From contig NC_068982.1 in the NCBI RefSeq assembly GCF_001194135.2, positions 190,831,361 through 190,895,360 on the forward strand: 64,000 nt of DNA, written 5' to 3'. The position numbers were made by a program, and so were the translations under genes. Below, in pieces: positions 24,890-38,324 of the stretch. Below the pieces are notes generated by a model. The model had not been told where the DNA came from. It was given only the letters and a program-made list of their open reading frames with translations, and made no database searches. This DNA comes from Octopus bimaculoides. Its lineage: Eukaryota. Within the stretch, counting starts at the first letter, position 1. Each line of letters begins with the position of its first letter.

Positions 24890-25340
24890 TTGGTTTCAAA
24901 TTCTGGCACAAGGCCAGCAATATCGGGGGAGGGGGTAAGCTGATTACATCAAACCCCCTCCCCCAGTGTTCAACTGATACTTCTTTTATCAACTCCATAA
25001 GGATGAAAGGCAAAGGTGACCTCAGTGGAATTTGAGCTCAGAACGTGAAGACTGATGAAATGCTGCTAAGCATTTTGCCTGGCAGGCCAATGATTCTGGC
25101 AGCTCATTATCTTATTACAGCTAAATATTCTTTTCTATTCTAGGCACAAGGCTTGAAATTTTGGGGGAGGGGCCCAGTCGATTAGATCGACTCCAGTACA
25201 CAACTGGTACTTATTTATCAACCCTGAAAGGATGAAGGGCAAAGTCAACCTCAGCAGAATTTGAACTCAGAACATAAAGACAGACGAAATACCGCTAAGC
25301 ATTTCACCCGTCATGCTAACGTTTCTGCCAGCTCGCTGCC
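24890..25340 (-). mobile_element. Two tandem family D SINEs
   Basis: Copies at about 24890-25110 and 25130-25340. Confidence 0.8.
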
Positions 25341-25709
25341 TAATTACAGCTAAATATTAGCTGCAAGATGTTTAGTGTGGTGACCTTCACCTCTGAATAT
25401 ATTCACTGATTACATATTTAATGTAGTCGTGGTACTTTAGGTTCTGGGGTCAATTTTACCTTTTGTCTTTCCACCGTCAATGCAATAATAAAGTACCAGT
25501 TATATATTGAGATCTATTTAATCAATAATACGCTCTCTTCAAAATGTAGCTTTTGTCCCTAGTTTAGAAATCATGTAGGTATGTATGTGTGGGGGTGAGG
25601 TGCATGTAGGGTGGTATGTATGTTGCATGGACATAAGATCATGATTGTGTGTGTATGAGAGAGAGAGAGATGTTTAGTGTTGAATATAGATTTATCACAG
25701 ATCCTTGTG

Positions 25710-26196
25710 TAGGGAGACAATGGTTCAGGTCTTTAGGTTCCTGGTCCTCATTGTCCTGTTCTATAGTTGTGAGACTTGGACAGTGTCTGGGGCCCTTAGG
25801 GGTTGTCTGAACTCCTTTGGTACCAGGACGCTTTGAAGGATTATGATTTACCATTGGCTGAATTTCGTATCCAATCAATGACTCTGCTCTGAGACTGGGG
25901 TGTGTCCTGTTACTCGTACGATTCAGGAGTGTCAGCTCAGACTGTTTGGCCATGTTGCTTGCTTGATTTTCCAAGTTAGACCCTGCTTACTTCTGGATTC
26001 TCTTCACTGAGGATCTGGCTGGGTTGATGGCTTGTGCTGGTTGACCACATGTCACCTGGTCAAGGCAGATGAAGAGGCATCTCAGAGGGATAGGGGCTGA
26101 CTGGGACTCTGCTCAACAGGTCACCCGAGTGGACCCAGGAATATACCCACAAATGAAGGATGCAGCAATGGTGCATGACCCCACACCTGACCTGAT
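25710..26196 (+). mobile_element. Degenerate 3' end of a second RTE lineage
   Basis: Translates as VQVFRFLVLIVLFYSCETWTVSGALRGCLNSFGTRTL*RIMIYHWLNFVSNQ...IQECQLRLFGHVA, which carries the RTE LLYGCETW and RQLR.FGHVAR motifs. It ends in cacacctgacctga. Confidence 0.8.
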
Positions 26197-26869
26197 TGTT
26201 GTGGTCTAAGACCTGGAGGGAAAGGGCCTGGAAGGAGAGGCTTATACTTGACAGTTAGACAACCCTTTATATAAGTATTAAACTAATGTTTTGTTATCAT
26301 TTAGTCCCAAGGTCAGCACTAATAAAACAGGCTTCTAATCAAATGACATTCCAGCTGACCATCATGCTGGTTTGATTTTTCAAATATATATCAAAGATAA
26401 CATTATGTATTTTTTTAGAGTTTTTAAGATAGTAGGGTGTGATTTGAGAGAGATTTGACTGTTATTTCTTGCTAGTTGAGTGCATGCACACAAATAGAGG
26501 TTCCCTTGTTGGTCCAAATGTTTCTATGTCTGTAATATCTGAGGCATTTTATGTCATCCCTTTACATTCTGAATTCCAATCCCATTCATGTCACCTGGGT
26601 TCTTGCTGCTGTCCCTCCTGGGAATGTTAAAAGGCTAATTGATAAAAACCTATTAACTATTCAATCAATTAGTTGTCTGTTTTTCTGTGTTTGTTCCCAT
26701 TGGCACTGCCACAAAGCCAATTCTTTATTCTCCAATGGCTATAAGTCATGTGCACTCACTACATGTGGTTCACTGCCACATGGCAACAGACTGTTTTCTA
26801 CCTTTTGTTACCAAGACAAACAACAATTCCCACATTTCTATTCCAGTATGTTTGAATCACAAATAATTT

Positions 26870-27100
26870 ATTGGTTTCACATTTTGGCACAATGCCAGTA
26901 ATTTTGTGAGTGTAGCGGGTGGTGGTTAAGTCAATTACATTGACCCTTTCCCCTGCTCAACTGGTACTTATTTTTTTGACCCCAAAAGGTTGAAAAGCCA
27001 TGTTGACCTCAGGGGAATTTGAACACAGAACATGAAGATGGACAAAATGCCGCCAAGCATTTTGACCAGCAGGTTACCGATTCTGCCAGCTTGGCACCTT
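26870..27100 (-). mobile_element. SINE family D
   Basis: Reverse-complement match to 2313-2523. Confidence 0.75.
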
Positions 27101-27704
27101 AATCCCAACTAATTCTTCTACCAATTCTACCAATTCTACTAATTCAGCACAAAGAAGCCCCTGTGTTGCAGTCACTCTAACAACCAAATCTCTTTCAAAT
27201 CAAAAGCAAGGTCACATTGAATAATGTAGTCCTAGATACTCCTTGAATAAAAGATTCCTGGGTAGGACTGATATATATATATCTGAGATGAAAGACCATT
27301 TTGAACAAGGTCAACCTGCATTCAACAACAGCAACAGCAGCATTAGTCTTCATTTTGTAAGCGCTCATGCAGCAAACTCAATAACGTTCACCCATCATTG
27401 GTTTTGTAACTCCACTGAATAAACCAAATAATAATAACCACCACCCTGCTTCTCCTCCTCCTCCTCCTTCTCCTGTTAAGGAGTCGCTCAGGCCACTCGG
27501 CTTGTTTCTCACCTTCCTGTCTTACAACTCAGAGCAATATCTTTCACCAGGTGTTCAATACAATTCATGCTGTTTGATCTATAAACAAGTGACTGGGACG
27601 TTCTCAAATACCGTTTCAAGTTTGTTTTTTGTTTTTTTTTTCATTTAAAAAAAAAAATTACTGTATTGTGTGTGTGTTTGTGTGCATAAGTGCATGTATT
27701 CATC

Positions 27705-28212
27705 ATCATCATCATTTAACGTCTGTTTTCCATGCTGGTATGGGTTGGACGGTTTGACTGAGGTCTGGAGAAATAGCGGCTGCACCAGGCTCCAATCTGA
27801 TCTGGCAATGTTTCTACAGCTGTTGGCCCTTCCTAAAGCCAACCACACCGAGAGTGTAGTTGGTGCTTTTTACGTGCCACCAGCACAGGAGCCAGTCAGA
27901 CAGGCCTGGCATCGATCACGTTCGGATAGTGGTTTTTGACTGGCTCCCATGCCAGTGGCACGTAAAAAGCACCATTCAAGCATGGTCATTGCCAGTGCCA
28001 CCTGACTGGCCCTTGTACTGGTGGCACGTAAAAAGCACCCACTACACTCTCAGAGTGGTTGTTGTTAGTTAGGGCATCCAGCTGTTGAAACTTTGCCAAA
28101 TCAGATTGGAGCCTGGTGCAGCCTTCTGGCTTGCCAGTCCACAGTCAAACCGTTCAACCCATGCTAGCATGGAAAGTGGATGATAAACGACGACGATGAT
28201 GATGATGATGAC
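27705..28212. mobile_element. Two family A RTE 3' ends in inverted orientation
   Basis: Minus copy at about 27705-27900 and plus copy at about 28005-28212. Both keep their (GAT)n tails, pointing outward. Confidence 0.8.
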
Positions 28213-28930
28213 ATGTATTTCACCTACCAAATCTGCTCACAAGGCTTTGGTCTGCTTGTAGCTATAGTAGAAGACACTAGTTGTTTGGCATTGGTATTGA
28301 ACCTGCAACCATGTGGTTAGGAAGCAAACTTCTTGCCCACACCACTACGCCTGTGCCAGGATTAATAAAGTCAGTAGAGTACGGGGCATATTCAGTTGCT
28401 TAAAGTTTGGTTAGAAACCAGAATTCTTCACTGCACCATTGTAAACCTCACCAACATCATTAGGATATAAACTTCAATATGGCTGTGTAAACGAGTTTGG
28501 CTGTTGCTGCTTTCTCAAAGGCAGTGAAAACCTATTGGTTTTCCTCAGTATATAACATTTGCAATTTGGGCATGGGTGAGGGCAGTCACTTGGTGGGATA
28601 AATTCTTCTGTGTCAATCTTGTCACTTTGGTTAGAAACCTGAGAATTGCTGCCCTCAACACAGACAAATAGAATATCAGTGCTTAACAGGTAGATTCGTT
28701 TTCACACTTGAAGTTTCTGATATCAAATTAGGATGATGGTGTTACCTTTGAAGAAAGAACTCTATGAGAAAGTGTGGATGATGCCAGCAATGTTTTTGCC
28801 ATTTTCTCTTTGGAGAATAAATGAAACAGATTAACAAACAGAAAAGGTGGAGTTTTTTTCTATTTTGTTTTGTCTTATTATATTTGTATATTAAGGAAAG
28901 TAATTAATTTTTAATGAAAATACACATGTA

Positions 28931-29046
<116 letters not shown>

Positions 29047-30979
29047 AGAAGTATCTAAATAGCACACACACACACACAATCTATACAAACTTCATGGTAC
29101 TTTGTGTTTTGTGTATTTTTAATTTCTATTAAACAAATAATTTCATAAAGATAAAATAGAAAACTAAAATTGAACTAACAAAATCTTAAAAAGTACAATT
29201 TTATTTTCTATTTTAATGAAGTTAGAGAAGTTGTAATGTATTTCTAGTTAGTGGAATTGGTCCTCCATTGCTTTATTATTTATTTTTGAAAGATAATTAC
29301 TAAATTCTAACTGCATTGGTAACCCTCGGGCACCATATCTGCTATGGTTCCAATGGCTGTTCACAAACCAAATCCTTTGATCAGAATTTGCCTTCAAGGA
29401 CAACAGTTAAACAAGTTACATCAAGATTTCACTATCCTCTTGTTTATTTCCTGTATTCTGAATAAAATCGTTGCTTTTAGCCAATTAAGGCTGCTTATAT
29501 TAGGTAACGGAGATTTAAATTAGTATGTAGTAGAATTTTATTTACCATTTTAGAGCATAATTTCCTTCAAACTTCTTGTTTTTATTTTAGTCTTTGTCTC
29601 TTCCGTTTTCTCTCTGAACTTTTATTGGTTGTATTCAACTGAAGTCTTAAGTTTAGGAAAATCTTCACATAGAACTCCGATAACGCTGATTCTGTTTTCA
29701 TGTCTTGAAGTGTTTTCCTATAAAATGTACAGCAGAACAACTCTCATGGAAACATTACCATTATCACATCTCTGTCTTCCATGCTGGCATGGATCAGATG
29801 GTTTGATAAGCTCCAGTGAGCCAAAGGACTGCATTGAGCCCCAGGTTTCTACAACTGGATTCTCTTCTTGAGATCAACTACAATGAAATTGTATATTTTA
29901 AGAATATTCATCCGTTTAATGAATATTCTTTTTAAAGAGAAAAAGGAGAAAACCCAGAAATTTGATTTAATTAAAAATGAAATGGAAGACACACGTCACA
30001 GTATGCCTCATCTTTGGTAGGAAGTGTGATAACTGTACATGGTTCAATCTCATTTGTCCTCTTCAGTGGAGGAATTGGTGTAGAGGGAGGAGAGCATAGA
30101 ACTTTTTGTGTGTGATTACAATTTGAAATTCTGTTTGATTTCTCCATTCTGTCACAGATGTTTTTCTTACCTCTATTTAGAAAACTGAACGTTTTGAATG
30201 GTTGTCATGCCAACAAGCATCTAAATGTCGTAGCATATTCTCTAAAATCTTCCTTTATGTAATGATAGCGATTAAAGGATTAGCATTGAAGTAGGCACTC
30301 ATTAATGTACTTCAATTAATTAAATTAATTTGGTTTGGAGTAATGTGAAGTGAAATCAGTTAATCTTTAACCTATCCATAACTTCAACAGAACCAAGGCA
30401 TTTAATCTTAGTATTAATGACATCAAGAAAACAGATTTCCTTCTTGAAGATAATGCCAGTCTCTTTAAACTAACCATTTCCTAGTAATTCCAGTTGTATT
30501 CTTAACAACCCAGTGAAATAACATACCTCTGGGAAAGTTTCTAATGTTATTTTAAATTATTATTTTCATATACAGAGGCTACACCCTGTCAATAGTTCTA
30601 AGATCTGGTAAATACACATCAGGCTAGTCCACTGATGAGGACTAATAAGATTGAAACATGTACACAATTATCACCCTTCTTACCTAATATGAGAGATACT
30701 GCTACATGTCATTTCCATTTAATTTTTAATTAATTCAAATGTTTGCAATCTCTCCCTTTTCTCTTTGGCAAAAATATTCATTAACAGCAATGACTCTTCA
30801 TCTCATTACAGATCTACTTTTAATTAAGTTCTTTTTCATTCACTACATTCAAAATACAGTTAACTGCAGTAGGAAACCCTGAGAAATTTTCTTAGAGGAG
30901 TTTCGTTCGACCTTTTTGCTGTTAGCTCCCCCATTTCTGCCTTGATCATTTTTTTATAACCCATCACAGTGTCAACCAG

Positions 30980-31360
30980 ACCATCAAATGTTGTTATACC
31001 CTGCTCATCACAGTGCATTTCATTGTCTTCATTGCACCCTTTTTTTTGCCATCTTGACCCAAATCACTTAACTAAATTGTCATCCCATCAATGTGGAAGC
31101 CTTTCAAATGGCCTTTTCTTATCTCTTGCATATTGCACAGGTCCACCTGTTGTCTGTGAACCTTGCAGCATATCTACCCCAGCTGAACTTGTGCTTTCAG
31201 TACTCTGTGATCACATCATCCACTCTGCTCCATTCTCAAATTCTCTCATTTCAAATGTTCTCTTGTAATGATATTTCTGGCATGGACTTCTCCATGGCTC
31301 TTTGTGTCGTAGCCAATCAACGTTCTGTCCTCTTCATAGTAGCCCACGTCTCACTACATT
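30980..31360 (-). mobile_element. Degenerate 3' ORF end of a third RTE lineage
   Basis: The minus strand gives SETWATMKRTER*LATTQRAMEKSM.EISLQENI*NERI*EWSRVDDVI...KFSWGRYAARFTDNRWT. This matches the RTE pattern ETW..TQRAMER.M..IRNE.IR...KW.WAGH.AR..DNRWT. Confidence 0.8.
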
Positions 31361-32224
31361 CTGAGTTCAAATCCCATCCGCCTGGAGAAGGCAACTGGAA
31401 ACCACTCCAGTAGTCTACTTAATGGCAGCAGGGGAGGGTATGGGCCCTGCCAGGTTGTATAAGGGGTGCTGGAGAAGGTTAACATGCGCAGGACCTGCCC
31501 ATGAGTAGAACACCACTGGGCCAGATCTCTGAAGAAGTGTCTCCTGTTTTATCTTTGTTTGTCTATCCATCTGTCTGTTTATTCATCTTTGTCTGTCTAC
31601 CTCTACACACACAAATACACACACACTCATATGTAGCCCCAAGTATGTGTGAATGCTCTTTTCACAATGCCTCATTAACACTATTTCAACATAACCAGGA
31701 TGTTACCATGATATTCCTCCAAGAATTTTGTTTAAGCCTCCAGAATTTCTGGGAAATTATATTTTTTCTCCTGTTGTTGTTGTTGTAGTAGTGGTGGTGG
31801 TGGTGGTAGTGGTGGTGGCAGTAGCAGCGGTGGTATCTAGGTGCCAAACCTAAAATATGTTCAGTGACCCCGACTATATTAAAACAGAACTGTAAAATTC
31901 CAAAGACTAGAAGAAGCCTTTAGACATCCTGGTTCCACTATAAATAGAAGAGAAGCCATCTAAATTAGTACTTTGGTACATTTAAGAGACCTACATAATG
32001 TCAGTTTCATTATTTGGTTTTTTTAGTGAATGTTCCGGATACTTGCATCTAACTTTGTATTAGCACTCTTTGAACTTTCATTGTAATTGTTTGTTTAGAA
32101 TTGGCAAGGAAGTTCAGATGAACTAAAAATATCTCCAATGTAACCAAAGCAAAAAATATTTTGTTTGGAAAATACCTTACAAAGTAGAATCAGTCTTTCG
32201 AAAAAAACAAAAACCATTCTGCAG

Positions 32225-32620
32225 AATATTGTTGCATGGCAAGAAGTTTGCTTCCCAACCACATTGTTCCAGGTTCAGTCCCACTACCTTTCACCTTGGC
32301 CAAGTGTCTTCTTCTGTAGCTTTGAGCCAACCAAAGGCTTCTGAGTAGATGTGGTAGATGGAAACTGAAAGAAGCCCATTGTGTGTGTGTCTTTGTGCCT
32401 GTGTTTGTCTTCTACCACTGCTTGACAACCAGTGTTGGTTTGTTTCCATCCCCATAACCTAGCAGTTTGGCAAAGGAGACCAATAACATAAGTACCTGAC
32501 TCAAAAAATCAAAAAAAAATAAAACCTGAGGTCAGTTTTTTTTAGCCAAAAACTCTTCAAGGTGGTGCTCCAGCACGGCCACCGTCTCACGACTGAAACG
32601 AGTAAACGATCAAAAGAATA
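32225..32620 (+). mobile_element. Composite SINE family B/C
   Basis: tRNA-like head (ttgcttcccaacc...ccaggttcagtccc), caccttggccaagtgtctt, (TG)n spacer and 3' module. Confidence 0.8.
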
Positions 32621-32979
32621 TTGATCTTTGTCTTTGAATTTCCTTGTCTCTGTTTCTGCTTCCATTCTTGCTTTCTGCTTCTGCTGTCCGTAAATTCTTC
32701 TCAGTTGATCGATTCCCTACCATTTCGTCAATCTTTGGCTAATGACTTGGTGTCTGGGTAGATTAGTTTCTCATTTAGAATTTCTTGTTTCAATTGTTCT
32801 TCCTCCTAGCTTTAAGTGTGGCTGTGTGGTGAAGAAGTTTTGCTTCCAAACCATATGGTTCTGGGTTCAGTCCCCCTACATTGCATCTTGGGCAAATGTT
32901 GTCTACTGTAGCCTTGGGTTGGATTTGGTAGGCAAAAGTTGAAAGAAAACTACTACATATATGTGTTTATATATCATCC

Positions 32980-33360
32980 TCATCATCATTTAGCATCCGC
33001 TTTCCATGCTGGCATGGGTTGGACGGTTTGACTGAGGACTGGTGAGCCAGAGGCTGCACCAGGCTCCAATCTGATCTGGCAAAGTTTCTACAGCTGGATG
33101 CCCTTCCTAACACCAACCACTCCAAGAGTGTAGTGGGTGCTTTTACGTGCCACCAGCACAAGGGCCAGTCAGGCAGTTCTGGCAACTACTACGCTCAAAA
33201 TGTGTTTTTTACATGCTACCTGCACGGGAGCCAGTCCGGCGGCATTGGCAACGACCACGCTCAAATGTTGTTTTTCACGTGCCACCAACACATGTGCCGG
33301 TAAGACGACGCTCGCAACGATCACGCTCGAATGGTGCTTTTCACGTGTCATCGGCACGGG
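32980..33360 (-). mobile_element. RTE family A 3' UTR with tandem subrepeats
   Basis: Closely parallels 18925-19300. Confidence 0.8.
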
Positions 33361-34539
33361 ACCCAATCTGTGGCATATACACATACACACACACGCACAC
33401 ACACACACACGTACACACACATATATACATATACATGTGTGTGTGTGTGAATATATATGGCCCATTGGTTAGGGTGTTGTGCTCACAATATAGTGATCAT
33501 GAGTTTGATTCCTGGACCAAGCTGTGTTTAGTGTTCTTGAGCAAAACATTTCATTTCATGTTGGCCCAGTCCGCTCAGCTGTAAATGGGTATCCCTGCAA
33601 TGGACTAGCACTGAAGTCGGTGGCAAATGTTGGCTTGCTCACCCAGCCAGTGGGGTCACATCATTAGAGAGCTAGAACAATGCAAAGTGCATTGTGACCA
33701 GTGATGCCTAACAACATCCGATAGTCTGGTCGATCACGTGATCACATGGTATGTGGTGGGAGAGGTGTAGTGTGTGTGTGTGTATGTCCCCTTGCCTTGA
33801 CATCATGTGATGGTGTAAATGAGCATGACCATCATACAAGTGATGTTTTCTTCCAGTCTTCCATGAAAAATGTCTGGGCTTTAAGGGATGTGGGGGTTGG
33901 TGACAGGAAGAGCATCCAACCGTAGAAAATCTGTCTTCACATATTCCATTTGTCATCATGGAAAAGTGGACATTGATGATGATGACGATGATAAGGATAT
34001 TCTTATCAGTAAAATCCATTCCTTACACTTCCTCAATCTCCTTGTAATGACTTAATGTCTGCTGGGGATTATTTGTTCATTTAGAATTTCAGTTTTCAAG
34101 TTTTTCCTCCTCGAAGTCGAAAGCTGGAATTTATCATTTATTACCAGAGTCTCTAAACTTTTTTTTCTTTTTTCCTTTGCAACTTTCTCTGTTGATCTGT
34201 TAAAACACTTCTACCATAATAAGCACCACACGTCATCTTTCACAACTGTTTCACATCATTATTAGAATTGTTAAAGGTTTAATGATTGAGTGGAGAAGGA
34301 ACCAGGCTCTTGTCTCATAGTAACAGGTTCATATTTCACTAGCGACACTGGAGATTGTCCCCAACCAAAGAACTTAACCCTGCCTGCTTAAGGTTCAATG
34401 CCTAATTAATTTTGACCATTATTCAACGCCATCCTAATATATTTTCATTGTTGCTTTATATTCACACTTTATTTTTGCGTTACCAATAAATGTTGTGTCA
34501 TCTAAAAAAAAGAAAAGAAAAAATTCAAGCACCCCGAAT

Positions 34540-34955
34540 ATCTTCTAGTCTTTTACTTGTTTCAGTCACGAGACTGTGGCCATGCCGGAGTGCTACTTTG
34601 AAGAATGTTTAGTTAAATGATTTAACCCCTGTACTTATTTTTACCTTTTTTAAGCCTGATACTTATTCTGTCAGTATTTTGCTGAGCCACTGAGTTATGG
34701 GGTCGTAAACACATCAACAGTCATTGTCAAGTGGTGGTGGTGGTGGTGGTGGTAGTGGTGGTGGTGGTGGTGATGATGGTGGTGGTGGGGGTGGAAATCA
34801 CACACAGGCTTCTTTTCAATTTCCATCAAATCCACTCACAAAGCTTTGATTGGCCTGAGGCTGTAGTAAAAAAGACACCTGCTCAAGGTGTCATGCAGTG
34901 GGGCTTATCCCAGAACTATTTGGTTGGGAATCAAACTTCTAACCACACAGCCCCT
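34540..34955 (-). mobile_element. Composite SINE family B/C
   Basis: Reverse homology, with a (GGT)n expansion in the spacer. Confidence 0.75.
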
Positions 34956-35170
34956 CCTCCTCCTGTGAAAAATGGTTTTGAAAATTTACTCCATTTCAAA
35001 TTTCAGACTTTCTGCAAATCCTGACAATCCTGGCTGTTTGAGAATATGTAGCCTCGTTTCACAAGTCTTATCATTTCTAGCTGAAACACTTCAGATACTG
35101 ATTGACTCGGAAATCTCGTTAACAACACTGATGCTATTGTTTCACTTAGGTTCTTTTCCTGCATCCTTAC

Positions 35171-35251
35171 TGAATATGTCTTCTTTCACAATCACAGCCT
35201 CTTGCTCTTTATCACTGTGATATCCTGCTTTCCCCCCCATTTTCTCACTGT
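35171..35251 (-). CDS. Candidate 81-nt phase 1-1 exon (unidentified gene)
   Basis: T-rich tract followed by ctgtag acceptor; TTCA|gtaagg donor. Frame SEKMGGKAGYHSDKEQEAVIVKEDIF. Confidence 0.35.
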
Positions 35252-35602
35252 CTACAGCTCGTATTTAAGAAAACAAACCCAAAAACTGCTTTATTTATCT
35301 GTATTAACAAGTTGCAGTTTCAAACCAAATCTTTCTGCTTATTATAATTACCAAGTTTCTAGTGTTCCCACTCAATTTATTTTATCTTGTAATCCAAAAT
35401 TATTTCTAGTTATTTTATCTGAAAGTTATGTGAAAAGATATTTGGGGTTATTTTTATAGTTTAATCCTAACCATTGCATTTTTATTTATTTGTTTATTAT
35501 TGATTCAGAAAAATAAAACACTAAATAAAATAAAATAAAATATAATATGTTGACCATAGAGAATTCAGCAGATGGAATAAATCCAAAAATGTGAGCAATT
35601 AC

Positions 35603-35656
35603 TGTCACAGACGTTCTTCTGTTCGGAGTCTGGTAGACTTTCAGATAAGATTGAAA
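35603..35656 (-). CDS. Candidate 54-nt phase 1-1 exon (unidentified gene)
   Basis: Very strong acceptor ttttcttgttttttttcacag but weaker donor GACA|gtaatt. Frame (V)SILSESLPDSEQKNVCD. Confidence 0.42.
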
Positions 35657-36289
35657 CTGTGAAAAAAAACAAGAAAACAATGATAATAATAAAAGTATGT
35701 GTTTCTATAATAAAATCATGTGTATAGAATGAAGTGCTCCATGGTGTAGCTCTTAAATGAAACTCATGGAGCAATTAAGCAAGGAAGGACAGTTTCAAGG
35801 ATGGAATTCTTCTGCTGTTATTAGAATGAGGTCATTGTATGATGACTGCTATTTCGTTATTTCTCTTAATGTTCTGAGTTGAAATTTTAGAGGTGGGCAT
35901 GGGTTCCTTGCTGCTCAATAGCAATCATCATCATTTAACAAAGGCATTCCATGCTGGCATGGATTGGATGCTTTGATAGAAACTGGCAAGCCATGAGACT
36001 GTATCAAGCTTTAATGTCTGCTTTGACTTGGTTTCCAAAGCTGGATGCCCTTCCTAACACCAACCACTTTACAGAGGGTGCTGGGTGTTTTTTTGTCACC
36101 GTCAAGCTCACCAAGTACCTTGCAAGAGAAGACCTTAATTGAGTGAGGAGGGATGTAGCTTCATGCGAGGGGATGAGAAGTTAGAATATGATAGAGAGAC
36201 AGAAACTGATGTCTTGTAATAAAGGAGATACGTGGCTACCTCAGTTAAGAAAAAAAAAAAAAGAGTGGGAGAGGAAAGCAGTCCATATA

Positions 36290-36520
36290 TCATCATCGTT
36301 TAATGTCCGCTTTCCATGCTGGCATGGGTTGGACGGTTTGACTGAGGACTGGCAAGCCAGGAGGCTGCACCAGGCTCCAATCTGATTTGGCAGAGTTTCG
36401 ACGGCTGGATGCCCTTCCTAACGCCAACCACTCCTAGAGTATAGTGGGTGCTTTTACATGCCACCAGCGCGTTGGCCAGTCCGGCAGTATTGGCAACAAC
36501 CACGCTCAAATGGTGTTTTT
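36290..36520 (-). mobile_element. RTE family A 3' fragment
   Basis: Near-consensus reverse copy. Confidence 0.8.
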
Positions 36521-37244
36521 TATGTGTCATATATATATATATATATATGGTATACAATGAATCCCTGTCACTCACTGTCAAACAATCCAACTCATGCCAA
36601 CATGGAAAATCAGAGAACAGACATTAAATGATGATGATGGTGATGTATAAAACATAAAGGAATTGGGATTTGAAATTCAGGCAGGTATCTTATGAGCACT
36701 CTGATATAATCCAGATCTGGCTAACCACATTTAATGTCAGGGAGCATTCAGAACCATTTAAGATAAACAGTTAAATGGGATTTCATTTGACAGGTGAACC
36801 TAGAGTTCACTTCATTACATCTCATGCAGAATATATAATTAAGACATCATAACGAAGAATGGAGAATCATACCGTTTCAGAATTTTGTTTATTAAACTAT
36901 TCTCTTCATAAAGCCTATGCTAATTCTCAACTCAACTTGTTCAAGGTAATGTTGTTGTTGTCGTTGTTGCCATTCACATTACTTAATCTACCTTTTGCTC
37001 AGAAAAATATCAAAGTTTCCCCAAATTCATCTGGAGGATTCTATTTAAATCTCCAAAGTTCCTTTACCAATTCTCTTCACTGACAATAACAAATATTTGG
37101 AGCAAGATCCTCTTCTCCCTTATCCTACCATTGGCGCTATCTTCTCTCTCTCTTTAACTCAATTAACATTTTTGGCAGTCTTTCATCTCACAGATTTCCT
37201 CTATTTCTTCGTGGTTCCATATCTGTTCTTTCAACGACACTCAC

Positions 37245-37404
37245 CATCATCCAAATTATTTTTCCTCTTACATTCTGTGGTGGTTCTTTTATTCCCCTTT
37301 TCCATTATTGGTGCTTTGAACAACAAATAGTTTAAAGATGAATAAATTTCTGTTCTGGAGATCTTCGAAATTCTATCAACTTCTTTTGCAAGTCTCTTCT
37401 TCAG
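37245..37404 (-). CDS. Candidate 160-nt exon, phase 0-1 (unidentified gene)
   Basis: Acceptor tttttaaaattttcag and donor GATG|gtgagt. The frame LKKRLAKEVDRISKISRTEIYSSLNYLLFKAPIMEKGNKRTTTECKRKNNLDD is open across the whole interval. Confidence 0.52.
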
Positions 37405-37513
37405 CTGAAAATTTTAAAAAATGATAAGAATAAAAAGAAATGTCTACATTCTGTTCATTGCACTTCTTACTGCGATTCCAAACTCCTCTTCACTCTGCTT
37501 ATATCCTAAGATG

Positions 37514-38036
37514 CTACTACTACTACTACTACATGTACTACTACCACCACCACCACTACTACTGCTGTTACTAATACCCCTACTACCACTACTACTAACC
37601 ACCATCACTACTACTACTATTACTATCACCACCACCATCACTACTATTACTACTACAACCACCACCACCATCATTACTACTACTACCACCATCACTACTA
37701 CCACCACCACCATCACTACTACTACTATTACTACTACAACCACCACCACCATCACTACTACTACTACCACCATTACTACTACTTCTATCACCACCACCAT
37801 CACTACTACCACCACTACTACTACTACTGCCACCAACACTTACTACTACAACCACTGCCACCATCACTGCTACTACTACTACCACCACCACCACTACTAC
37901 TACCATTACTACTACAACCGCTGCCACCACCACTACTACTACAACCACCACCATCACTACTACTACTATTACTACTACCATTACTACTACAACCGCTGCC
38001 ACCATCACTGCTGCTGCTGCTACTACTACTACTACA
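37514..38036. repeat. Long compound trinucleotide array (ACT/ACC/ATC)
   Basis: Directly visible; it produces the poly-Thr/His/Tyr/Val ORFs at 37421-38093. Confidence 0.97.
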
Positions 38037-38324
38037 GCACTGTTCTGTTTTTTTGTGGTAAATCTCATTAATTTCCCAGGCTCTTCTATTCATTCCGTTC
38101 TCTCGTTAATTTGTTCAACATGTTTCCTTCCTTTCCTTTAACAATGCCAAACCCCAGATAAACAGTGAGAAAATCGCTGCAGTTTTTCTCACTCTTCTTT
38201 CTCTTCTTCTTCTTGTTAATGTCATTTCACATTTTACGTCTCTTTCTCTCTTTTCTTTTACTTTCTTTCTCTTTACTACATTTATTTACCGGATTATAAA
38301 AGTGTACGTTATTATATTTCACCT

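Noticed and set aside
34970-35170. Frame continuing past exon candidate 35171 with two in-frame TGA codons (selenoprotein or editing read-through idea)
   Set aside because: No SECIS or homology evidence; stop density is as expected for AT-rich DNA.
37421-38093. 216-aa Thr/His/Tyr-rich ORF and antisense Val/Ser ORFs (mucin-like appearance)
   Set aside because: They are translations of an ACT/ACC/ATC trinucleotide array that is open in several frames on both strands.
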